DNA of 32,000 nt. It comes from Candidatus Iainarchaeum sp. (GTDB lineage Archaea; Iainarchaeota; Iainarchaeia; Iainarchaeales; 0-14-0-20-34-12). Shown here one piece after another: positions 8,518 to 16,743 of this stretch. The notes beneath the pieces were generated by a model. That model did no database searches, was not told where the DNA came from, and worked only from the letters and a program-made list of their open reading frames with translations. Position numbers and translations under genes: made by a program. The stretch spans positions 1 through 32,000 of the forward strand of contig JAUSKK010000045.1 in the NCBI GenBank assembly GCA_030649345.1. The letters run 5' to 3'. How positions within the stretch are numbered: position 1 is the first letter of the stretch; each line of letters begins with the position of its first letter.

Positions 8518-9303
8518 TTATTTTTTCTCAACAAATCTTTGAAAATGTTGATTAATTATTTTCTTTTTGTTCGGTATTTTTAAACTAAATGGGAAGTGAA
8601 TGTTTGCAAAATAATTGCGACATTCTGATAAAAATCTTGTTGAACAGTATGTTTCTTTATATGGATAAAAAAAATTAGATAAAGTAGTTCTCTTATGATT
8701 TTCTTTTAGTGTGAGAAATTGGTCATACTGATATCCAATATGTTCAATAAAACTCTGACAAATTTTGTTAAACGTATAGCCATTAAGCGTTCCGCTAAAA
8801 GAATCATAGAGTGGCTTAATTTCATTTAACAATTCTTGAGAATATTTTTTTGTTTCATCACTTGCAAATTCACACACATATGAACAATAATGTTGAAATT
8901 CATCAAAAATAAATTTATGGATTTTTTCATCAGTTTCACAAAAAGAAATTTTTTTTTCTTTTTGATTAAGTGTAGTTATGATGTGATTTGCAACTGCAAT
9001 TGCATTGCATTCATAATATGGCACATTTCCATCTTTATATTCTGAATTTTTTACAAGTTGAGGGTCTGTTTTGGCCATTATCTGTTTAATGAAAAAAGTG
9101 TATGCATTGCGAGACCTTTCTTTGCTTGTTTTTGGATTATATAATTTTTCTAGTGATTCTAAGTATTCCTTTAATTGGGGGCTGCTAAGTCCACTAGGCA
9201 AACCTTTTGGAATTAGATGCCAAGTTGGAGTTGTCTTAATTAAGATTCTCAACAGAATCAGAGTGTATACTGGGTTGTCCTGAATATTCTTTTTTAATCT
9301 CAT
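8518..9303 (-). CDS. hypothetical protein, first gene of the nuclease operon
   Basis: 261 aa ORF, 12 nt upstream of the nuclease gene on the same strand. No motif recognised. Confidence 0.5.
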   Translation of the reverse strand: MRLKKNIQDNPVYTLILLRILIKTTPTWHLIPKGLPSGLSSPQLKEYLESLEKLYNPKTSKERSRNAYTFFIKQIMAKTDPQLVKNSEYKDGNVPYYECNAIAVANHIITTLNQKEKKISFCETDEKIHKFIFDEFQHYCSYVCEFASDETKKYSQELLNEIKPLYDSFSGTLNGYTFNKICQSFIEHIGYQYDQFLTLKENHKRTTLSNFFYPYKETYCSTRFLSECRNYFANIHFPFSLKIPNKKKIINQHFQRFVEKK

Positions 9304-9399
9304 AACGATATCTTATCAAGAATGATTTTTAAAGTAAGCTGTTTGACCAAATGACTTACTTTCTATTCAATCAATTCAATTGAGCTGTTTGTAGGTAAT

Positions 9400-9570
9400 T
9401 TGCCAAAAGTTGTTTCAAAAGAAAAATCAAGTTTTTTTGCGCAAATTCCATGTTTGTTTGGTTTTCATAATTGGTTAGAAAATGAAGTTTCAAACAAAAT
9501 AGACACTGGCCGTGAGCTAGCTTACATTTGTACTGTTTGCAAAAAAGGGAAATATGTTACCATTGGCTGA
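9400..9570 (+). CDS. possible small Cys-containing protein (56 aa)
   Basis: TTG-initiated ORF in an otherwise empty 280-nt gap, with a C-terminal CTVC pair. Weak evidence only. Confidence 0.2.
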   Translation: MPKVVSKEKSSFFAQIPCLFGFHNWLENEVSNKIDTGRELAYICTVCKKGKYVTIG

Positions 9571-9585
9571 TTAAATGTTTTTTAA

Positions 9586-10242
9586 TTAAGTAACTTGTTT
9601 ATTGCATCTTTCAATCATTTCATTTATTTGTTGTCTAGAACATTTTGACCCAATTTCAACTGTTATTATTGCTGTACAGTCATTAATCAAAGGACAGTTA
9701 TCATAATTCATTGGTTCGACAGTTACTTCTGGTTCCGTTTTTGGTTGTGTTTCTTGAGGGTCATCTATCCACTGGCAACTTAAAAATTCCGTACTTGCAA
9801 TTTCAACAGGAATTGTCCCCGTAGCATATTGGCTGGCTTGTATTAACTCAGTTACTGGCTTAAAAATTATTCGTACATCAAAACGTCGTATTCCTATTAT
9901 TGTGCCATCTCCTGCGACTACTTTCTTTTGATATTTGTAATAATCTATAAATTCCAGTAGATCTGCATCAAAGTCTGAATGTGCAGGGTAAAAATAATTT
10001 ACATTCTCTCCTGGGTCATCACCACCTTTTTTGTAAATAAGTCTATTTATTTGCCCTCCGCCATTAGGGTGTAGGTCTATAAACCCCATGCCAGCCGCAT
10101 CTAACATTGAAAAGCTAGTTCCTAAAACTTCTTTTGCTTTTTCTTCACAGTCATTGTTTATCCTTAGAGTAGTGCATCCGCTCAATAAAATAATCCCTAA
10201 AGTAACAATTAAAATGAATTTTATTCTCATATTAACCAACAT
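9586..10242 (-). CDS. putative lipoprotein
   Basis: The signal peptide ends in the lipobox LLSGC. The more likely start is the second Met at 10230. Confidence 0.55.
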   Translation of the reverse strand: MLVNMRIKFILIVTLGIILLSGCTTLRINNDCEEKAKEVLGTSFSMLDAAGMGFIDLHPNGGGQINRLIYKKGGDDPGENVNYFYPAHSDFDADLLEFIDYYKYQKKVVAGDGTIIGIRRFDVRIIFKPVTELIQASQYATGTIPVEIASTEFLSCQWIDDPQETQPKTEPEVTVEPMNYDNCPLINDCTAIITVEIGSKCSRQQINEMIERCNKQVT

Positions 10243-10268
10243 AATTTAACTAATATTATTTAACAAAT

Positions 10269-10412
10269 CTATCTTATTTTAATCAATTCAATATTTCCTT
10301 TTTCATTAAACATTGGTTGCAGTTCAGTTCCTTTTGAATACTTTTTCAATCGCACTAGGTTCTTTGGCAGTGTAATGAAATATTTGCCTTTGCTTTCTTG
10401 AATTTTAACCAT
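10269..10412 (-). CDS. small AbrB/SpoVT-like DNA-binding protein (47 aa)
   Basis: Not in the track. MVKIQESKGKYFITLPKNLVRLKKYSKGTELQPMFNEKGNIELIKIR matches the swapped-hairpin pattern (h-T-h-P-K...G..h......G.I.L). Confidence 0.5.
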   Translation of the reverse strand: MVKIQESKGKYFITLPKNLVRLKKYSKGTELQPMFNEKGNIELIKIR

Positions 10413-10426
10413 GTTTTTTTCACTTG

Positions 10427-10906
10427 TTAATTTTTCATTATTTTACGAGTAATTTCAATAAGTGGTTTTCCTTGATTGAAAAAAGATTTGTGTTTTCGCA
10501 GATAATACAAAAATACCACATACCAAACTACTTGGACCAGCGTAACTGCAATTAATTTACCTAAGACTTCACTGTTTCTAATAATATTCTCATATCCAAC
10601 CATTCCGAAAACTAAAAGTATTGGTAGTAAAATTATTACAGGATTTCCGTACGTATATAATGATGTCACCCAAATCATTCTTTTATTAATGCCCTGTGCA
10701 AATGCAATTGAAAAAGCCAAAGTCAGTACTAAAACAAATGCATTGACAAGATACCAAAAACTGGTGTTATATTCACTAGACCTTATTTTAAACAGTTCAA
10801 TTAATAAGAGAATAATGCCTAAAACGGTAATTAAAAGAATAATGGACAGACTTGTGGGCATTTTATTACTTTCATTCTCACTTTCTTTTTGATCTTCTGG
10901 ATTCAT
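10427..10906 (-). CDS. integral membrane protein (about 4 TM helices)
   Basis: Four hydrophobic stretches of about 20 aa. Unknown function. Confidence 0.55.
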   Translation of the reverse strand: MNPEDQKESENESNKMPTSLSIILLITVLGIILLLIELFKIRSSEYNTSFWYLVNAFVLVLTLAFSIAFAQGINKRMIWVTSLYTYGNPVIILLPILLVFGMVGYENIIRNSEVLGKLIAVTLVQVVWYVVFLYYLRKHKSFFNQGKPLIEITRKIMKN

Positions 10907-11052
10907 AGTCTCAATTACCTATTCTACTTAACAATAAACTATAAATAAACTTCGTTAGCTCTATTATATAATCATTTGGTATTCAATACAAGTAATTAGT
11001 GTGTTAGTGTTGGATTATTGGGATTGAGCTCGTTCTCTGCGATTTCTTTTTT

Positions 11053-12024
11053 TTATTTCTTTTTCATTAATTGTTTGAAGATTTCTTGTTTGTTTTCTTC
11101 TATCGCTAGTTGTATTTCTTGGGCTCTTTTTTGCAGGCAAGTGTAAATAAATTTGCTGAATTGGATGTATTGTTTGGATAACTGCAATCTTTCCAATAGA
11201 ATAATATAAGATTCACGGTTTTCAAGATTGATAATAGTTCGCGGATATCCTTTTTCTTGAAGAATTAAATTCATTATTTCTCGTCCAGTTCTTCCATTGC
11301 CGTCACTGAAAGGATGTATTTCTTCAAATTTTACATGAAACACTGCAGCCAATTCAACAGGATGCATTTTTTCTTTATTTTCTTTAAACCAGTCCATTAA
11401 TTTTTTGGCTTCTTTTACTGCAGTTTCTGCATTCGGCGGCCGTATCTTGGATCCTGTTATAAACATAGGTCCGCTTCGGTATCTGCCTGGGCCTTTGTCT
11501 GGAAATCCATCCATAATGACTGCGTGTATTTTTTTGAGTAATCGTTCTGTTATTTTTGGTTTTTTTTCTGATACTTGCTGTGTTTTTTTCATGTTTTGAA
11601 CTTCTTTGATTTCATCAATGTTTTTTCCTGAACTGCTTGCATTTTTAGTCAGAATGATCGAAGCTTCCTGCAGGCTTACGGAATTTCCTTCTACTGAAGT
11701 ACTTCCTTGAGCATAGCGTACAAATTCATCTTCATCGAATGAACTAAAGCTTTCGGAAAAAAATGTTTTAAACAATTGATAATTGTATTTTAAAGTCTCC
11801 AATTCAATTAGTTCTAATACTGAAAGTGTTTTTGGTTTAAATTTTTTAAATGTTGTTTGTGCTTGTTCCAATATCGTTTTTCTTTTTACTTCCTCAAAAG
11901 CATTTGCAATATTTTTATTTAAATTTTCTTTGTTTCCAATAAAAACACTGATTCGTTTTTGTTTTGCCATTTCTTCCAGATAATAATATTGTGTTCCTTT
12001 GACTTTGCGTTTGGCTAAAAACAT
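11053..12024 (-). CDS. Fic-domain protein (AMPylase family), with an internal inhibitory-helix-like motif
   Basis: Canonical HPFSDGNGRTGR at nt 11281-11316. STSVEG (nt 11686-11703) fits the (S/T)xxxE(G/N) auto-inhibition motif N-terminal to the core. Confidence 0.85.
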   Translation of the reverse strand: MFLAKRKVKGTQYYYLEEMAKQKRISVFIGNKENLNKNIANAFEEVKRKTILEQAQTTFKKFKPKTLSVLELIELETLKYNYQLFKTFFSESFSSFDEDEFVRYAQGSTSVEGNSVSLQEASIILTKNASSSGKNIDEIKEVQNMKKTQQVSEKKPKITERLLKKIHAVIMDGFPDKGPGRYRSGPMFITGSKIRPPNAETAVKEAKKLMDWFKENKEKMHPVELAAVFHVKFEEIHPFSDGNGRTGREIMNLILQEKGYPRTIINLENRESYIILLERLQLSKQYIQFSKFIYTCLQKRAQEIQLAIEENKQEIFKQLMKKK

Positions 12025-12117
12025 ACTAATTAGTTATAACAAAATATTTAAAAATACGTTGTTTTCACAAAAACATGTGATAACCGTATTTAAGTGCTTT
12101 TTTCAAGACTTGCATAT

Positions 12118-12126
12118 CTTTAAATT
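12118..12126 (+). promoter_or_regulatory. TATA-like box for the phosphoribosyltransferase gene
   Basis: ctttaaatt is centred about 29 nt upstream of the ATG at 12151, consistent with an archaeal leaderless transcript. Confidence 0.35.
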
Positions 12127-12150
12127 CTGGTTTTGTTCTTAGTTTTGGTA

Positions 12151-12852
12151 ATGCGTAAGTTTCAATTGTTTAAATCTCGTAGAATGACTCGAGTTCATGT
12201 AGCAGTTACGAATGCTTCTACAAATCAACTGGTTTATAGTGATGTAGAACGCAGACAAAAACGTTCTATGCCTAAATCTTTGAAAGGCATTGAGCGAAGA
12301 AAGCCTTCTTTTTTATTTCGAACTAAACGTAAACCAATTAATGTTCGTGCTGTGGGTGTAGTGGAAACTGAAAAATTAAAACATGAATTGGTTGAAAAAA
12401 TTAAAAGATCTGGCCAGCAATTTACTTCAGTGGTTGCAATTTCGCGCGGAGGTCTAGCAGCAGGGCAAGAATTAGCCGATGCTTTAGGTCTTCCTTTGGT
12501 TATTATTGGATATAAAAGTTATGAAACTGGAAAAACGTATCGCTTGAAAGGAAAAAGACCGCCGATTAGTTTTGCAGTGAAAGGAAAACTAGGCAGTACT
12601 CCTTTATTGGTGGATGATTTAACTGAACACGGAGATACTCTGGTAAATACAAAAGAAGTATTATTGAAAAAGCGCGGAGTTAAAAAAGTTCGAACTGCTG
12701 CATTGTTCATCAAAGATCATACGCCTCAGAATCGCAGGCCTGATTTTTTTGTTCGACAAACAAGAGACTGGCTAGTGTTTCCTTGGGAGAAACGAGAATT
12801 TGAAAAATTATTAAATGCACCCAAGCCTCAAAAAGTTATTTTTAGGAAATAA
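12151..12852 (+). CDS. phosphoribosyltransferase (purine PRT-like) with a ~75-aa basic N-terminal extension
   Basis: PRPP-binding loop LLVDDLTEHGDTL and upstream VVAISRGGLAAG. The track start TTG 12133 was replaced by the ATG at 12151 on the basis of TATA spacing. Confidence 0.7.
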   Translation: MRKFQLFKSRRMTRVHVAVTNASTNQLVYSDVERRQKRSMPKSLKGIERRKPSFLFRTKRKPINVRAVGVVETEKLKHELVEKIKRSGQQFTSVVAISRGGLAAGQELADALGLPLVIIGYKSYETGKTYRLKGKRPPISFAVKGKLGSTPLLVDDLTEHGDTLVNTKEVLLKKRGVKKVRTAALFIKDHTPQNRRPDFFVRQTRDWLVFPWEKREFEKLLNAPKPQKVIFRK

Positions 12853-12857
12853 TTTTT

Positions 12858-13427
12858 TTATTTTCTAGTCTTTCTCGCTTGTTCTAGTTGTAGTAAAAAG
12901 TTTGAAATCGTTCTCGCTAATTCTTCTGCTGTTAATTGTGAGTGTGTTAATGCAATTTCGTTGGCCCATTTTTCTTCTTCTATGGATAGTTCGCGTTTTT
13001 GTTGACTGACTAATATTTGTTTTGCTTTAGGCAATTTCGTAGTTAGATTTAGAAATCCTTTGGCTAAATTAGCTGGATTGCTTTTACGGTTAGCCCAAGC
13101 TAATTCAGCTAAAAAATAATGTTCTTGTTTAGTAAGCTCTCGGTTTAGTTGACCTGAAACTAAATCTACGGTTTTTTTTGCTGCACGTCCGCGATTCAAA
13201 GCTCTAGCCACAACTTCTCGTGCACTTAATGCAGGTTGTCTTTCCATAATGTGAGTAATCAAATGAGTTTCTTCAAAAGTCAAAGAACGCTTAATTATTC
13301 TTTGAGCTAAACCATACGGATTTCCAGGAATTCGTTTTTGTCCCATAGGCATAGCTGGATGACTGGAACCGCCGCTATGATCTTTTTGTTTTCGTGCCTT
13401 CAAAGAAACTGTTCGTTTTTCTAGCAT
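12858..13427 (-). CDS. hypothetical protein with three tandem ~49-aa helical repeats
   Basis: Repeats begin KRSLTFEETH, NRELTKQEHY and KRELSIEEEK at aa 46, 95 and 144. The N-terminus is basic and Pro/Gly-rich. Confidence 0.55.
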   Translation of the reverse strand: MLEKRTVSLKARKQKDHSGGSSHPAMPMGQKRIPGNPYGLAQRIIKRSLTFEETHLITHIMERQPALSAREVVARALNRGRAAKKTVDLVSGQLNRELTKQEHYFLAELAWANRKSNPANLAKGFLNLTTKLPKAKQILVSQQKRELSIEEEKWANEIALTHSQLTAEELARTISNFLLQLEQARKTRK

Positions 13428-13471
13428 TACATATATTTCAGAATTCGTTTACTTAATTCTTTTGCTTGCTT

Positions 13472-14260
13472 TTAATCCTTGATCATTTTTTGGCTTCTTG
13501 CAGAAATATAATTCATTACAATTGTTTGTTCTTGGTTCCATTTTTCATTGGAAGTATTCCATTTTTTTCCGTTTTCAAATCGGACCACATAAAATTCTTG
13601 TTCTTGTCCTGAATGTTTTTCAATTTGTTGAATTTCATTCCACGAATAATATTTTGTTTCTAAATCCAAGCCAGTGTTTAAATAAATTCCTTCTGAACTG
13701 ATGCTGGCATGGCTTTGAAATCCAATGAATAAAACAGGCATGGCTATAATCAGTGAAATTATACTGATCCAATGATAGACTTTTCGAGTTTGCATTTTCA
13801 CATATTCTGTATTGTAATAATACTGCCAGTATTTTTTTCCAAACACTAAATTAACCAAGAATTCTATAATCCATCCGCTGGTTCCCAAAGCAATTAAAAA
13901 TCCTGCTAAAAATAATTCTCCTTGGGGATTGCTGGCAAACAAAACAGTTGCTGGTAATGTAAAAAATGAATCTTTGATGCTGGAAAAAATAAAGTAAATA
14001 ATGCTGGCTTCAATTAAAACAAAAACAATGCTGGCTAAATCAATCCATTTTGTGTATTTTTCAAATTTTTCTTCCAATTCTGCAAATTCTTTGGCTGAAA
14101 TTTTTTCCGGCTTAAATTGCCTGCGCAAATAATGCAAGCTGGCAAAAACGCAGAATAAAATAAAAGAATAAATCAAAGCCGTGTTTGCAAATGCAGTAAT
14201 AACCAGCAGGCCTGCCAGAATAATAAATGCAATTAGTTTCAATCCATTGTGTGCTTTCAT
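13472..14260 (-). CDS. multi-pass membrane protein with a soluble C-terminal domain
   Basis: Several hydrophobic helices. The C-terminal SEGIYLNTGLD...YYSWNEIQQIE...FYVVRFENGKKW has a PH-like pattern. Confidence 0.5.
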   Translation of the reverse strand: MKAHNGLKLIAFIILAGLLVITAFANTALIYSFILFCVFASLHYLRRQFKPEKISAKEFAELEEKFEKYTKWIDLASIVFVLIEASIIYFIFSSIKDSFFTLPATVLFASNPQGELFLAGFLIALGTSGWIIEFLVNLVFGKKYWQYYYNTEYVKMQTRKVYHWISIISLIIAMPVLFIGFQSHASISSEGIYLNTGLDLETKYYSWNEIQQIEKHSGQEQEFYVVRFENGKKWNTSNEKWNQEQTIVMNYISARSQKMIKD

Positions 14261-14394
14261 GCTAATCTTATGCTTTTTTGGGTTTTAAGCTTATCTTTAA
14301 GCACATGTTTTTATACCCAAAAATCCATATTTTGTGGATGAATTTAAATTTTGTTCCAAAATTTAAAAATTTTAAAACGCTAGAGGCGTTTTAA

Positions 14395-15672
14395 ATGAAT
14401 TTCAAAATTGTTATTCCGATCTTTTTCTTATTTTTAATCTTTGGCTGTACTGTAGATATTGAAGGTTTTGTAAAAGAATTGCCTCAAGTTAAATCTTTTT
14501 TGGCGGATTATCCGAATGCAGATATTAAGGTTTCTTTGCTGGATGAAAATATTGTCCGCGAACGCATTGATCAATTAGAAGATGCCTGTGGTTTTCCTCC
14601 GCCCATTAAAGATTATTATTTTGTCACAGTAGAAGATCCACCGGAAACTATTTACGTTCTTTTAACCAGGGATACGGAAGTTCAATGCTTGGTTCGTTTT
14701 GGTTCAGGCAATCCAGCTCCAGATGTAGATACTACTGAAAGTTCAACACCAGACACTTCAGTTAGCACAACTTCTAGCACAACCACAGATTCAGATACTA
14801 CAACTACTGATTCGGATACTTCTACTTCCAGTACAACTACAACTTCAAGTACTGACTCTGATTCAACAGGAACTCCAATTGGATATGTGACTGGAACCAT
14901 GACAGATGAGCAAGGCAATCCAGTGCAAGGAGTTGTTTACTTGGTTGAATTGGATGGAGCGAATTGGGATCATGTAATTGCTGAAAGTTTAACTGGTTCA
15001 GAAGAAAATTCACCTCGTGCTGATGGATCTTTTGAATTAATGGATGTAGAGCCCGGCATTTACAGAATTCTTGCCTTATCGGATACCAAGGCATTGTTTT
15101 CACAAATTATTAATATTTCTGAAGTTCCTTTTGTGTTTAATCCTTCTATGATTGAAGGAGTTCCTGTAACCATTCAAGTAATGGATTCAAGTAATCCTGT
15201 TGAAACTGCAGACATTCGTTTTATTCAAGACGGTTTATTGATCTGGTCTGCAAAAACAGACAGTCGAGGAATTTATGATGTGCCTGAATTAAGTACAGGT
15301 CATTATGAATTGTTAGCCAGCAAGTCTGATGCTTTGACTGGTCCTGTTTTTGCTTTTGCTGAATTGGATGTTCCGCAGACAACTTCGAAAACTTTGCAGT
15401 TTCCTTCCTTGAATGCTTCAGTAATTGTTTCAGTTAAAGATTCTAGCACAGGCGAAATTATTTCAGACTCTAGTGTTGAATTAAGATTAAAGAGCCGTTA
15501 TTCATTTGCTCACAAAATTGTTTCCAGTTCAGGCGAATACGCTTTTACTGGTTTGCCTGCAGCTGAATATGAATTGCTGGCAACAGCTTTGGGTTACGAA
15601 GATTCTAGTCAAATGATTCAATTGAATAATCAAGCTGAAGAAAGTATTGAAATTCGAATGGTGAGACAATGA
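14395..15672 (+). CDS. surface lipoprotein with a Thr/Ser-rich linker and carboxypeptidase-regulatory-like beta-sandwich repeats
   Basis: Lipobox LIFGC. About 50 aa of T/S/D-rich linker. Repeats of the type GxVxD..G.PV..A.V ... G.Y.L.A...GY. Confidence 0.55.
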   Translation: MNFKIVIPIFFLFLIFGCTVDIEGFVKELPQVKSFLADYPNADIKVSLLDENIVRERIDQLEDACGFPPPIKDYYFVTVEDPPETIYVLLTRDTEVQCLVRFGSGNPAPDVDTTESSTPDTSVSTTSSTTTDSDTTTTDSDTSTSSTTTTSSTDSDSTGTPIGYVTGTMTDEQGNPVQGVVYLVELDGANWDHVIAESLTGSEENSPRADGSFELMDVEPGIYRILALSDTKALFSQIINISEVPFVFNPSMIEGVPVTIQVMDSSNPVETADIRFIQDGLLIWSAKTDSRGIYDVPELSTGHYELLASKSDALTGPVFAFAELDVPQTTSKTLQFPSLNASVIVSVKDSSTGEIISDSSVELRLKSRYSFAHKIVSSSGEYAFTGLPAAEYELLATALGYEDSSQMIQLNNQAEESIEIRMVRQ

Positions 15673-16721
15673 ATCCCAAAATTTTAATTATATTGATTCT
15701 TTTAGTTTTTACATTGTCTGTTTTTGCAGATGAATATATTGATGCAGAAAAAGAAGATCCTTACATGGGTTCAGATAATGCAGTCAATGGTTTTTATGGT
15801 GGGCAAAAAGTAGATTTTGAAATCTCTTTTGAAAATATTCAGTGGACTAGCAATGCTTGTTCTCCTGATGGTCCAGTAGTTACTGGTGTTTCTTTAGATG
15901 TAGTGTATTGGTGGGAAAGATATCCTCATTCTTGGGCTGGAAGAAGAGACTGGACTCAGCTTCCTGGATCCGATGAAACCGATGGCCCGGATTTTGCCAC
16001 TGTTTTTATTTCAGGCCCATATATTTTGGATGTACTTAGCAGTGATTCTGGAACTTTAGATGGTGGATTGCAGGGAATTAAATTTGACAACATTCCAGAA
16101 GACCAAGAAAAGAATACACGTCATTTGGTTTTAAAACTTCAGCCACGCGAACCTTATACTTGCTGTGAACCAGTGCCTCCCTTGGAAGTAGTAACTCAAT
16201 ATTTCCATAGCTATGATGGAAGCCCCCAGATTTCTTCTGGAAACAATTTAGATGTTAGTGCTAGTTTTCCTTGGGGTGTTTCTGTAGGCGGAACTATTTA
16301 TTTTTCTAACAATTATATTTGGCACAAAGATGCTCAAGAAACTATAACCAATCCTGAAGGTCAAACGTGCGACAATATTTTATTAGGAACTTCCGATAAG
16401 TGTATTTGCACAGAACGCCAAACAGGATACAATGCTGATTCAGGAGATTCTAGTTCTTCATCTCTGTGTTCAGATATTTTCAGAAGCAATACAACCAGTG
16501 AAGTATGCAGTTTAGCTGAACAAAGAACTGCTTGTGTGACTCAAGTTCAGTCGTGTATGAATGAAAATTCGCAATACAGTGATTTGAATCCAGCAGATAT
16601 TTGTAGTTCTTTAGGCCAAGCTTGTGCTGAAAGTTCTACTGCCCGAACTGCGGAGCCTTCAGAAATAGAGAAAGCAAAACAATTATTTTCTTTAACTGTT
16701 TTGCCTTTTTTTAAAATTTAA
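15669..16721 (+). CDS. secreted Cys-rich protein, unknown function
   Basis: Signal peptide ends VFA/DE. The start overlaps the upstream stop (ATGA at 15669-15672). Confidence 0.55.
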   Translation: MNPKILIILILLVFTLSVFADEYIDAEKEDPYMGSDNAVNGFYGGQKVDFEISFENIQWTSNACSPDGPVVTGVSLDVVYWWERYPHSWAGRRDWTQLPGSDETDGPDFATVFISGPYILDVLSSDSGTLDGGLQGIKFDNIPEDQEKNTRHLVLKLQPREPYTCCEPVPPLEVVTQYFHSYDGSPQISSGNNLDVSASFPWGVSVGGTIYFSNNYIWHKDAQETITNPEGQTCDNILLGTSDKCICTERQTGYNADSGDSSSSSLCSDIFRSNTTSEVCSLAEQRTACVTQVQSCMNENSQYSDLNPADICSSLGQACAESSTARTAEPSEIEKAKQLFSLTVLPFFKI

Positions 16722-16743
16722 TTTCTGAATTTTTTTAGTTTAA

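Larger units (their letters stand above)
1..9570. mobile_element. putative integrated plasmid/virus-like element (boundaries undefined)
   Basis: A replication-type ATPase, wHTH, RHH and Zn-ribbon small proteins, a VRR-NUC nuclease and secreted Cys-rich proteins sit in two convergent modules. No att sites, integrase or capsid were recognised. Confidence 0.35.

Noticed and set aside
12133-12150. TTG start at 12133 for the phosphoribosyltransferase, and the ATG at 18978-18980 for the wHTH gene
   Set aside because: Downstream ATGs (12151 and 18936-18938) have TATA-like boxes at the expected leaderless distance. The extensions would overlap those promoter elements.
14730-14880. Repetitive DNA (gattcagatact..., acaactaca...), checked as a possible tandem repeat or CRISPR-like array
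   Set aside because: It is in-frame low-complexity Thr/Ser/Asp linker coding sequence, with no regular repeat-spacer periodicity.
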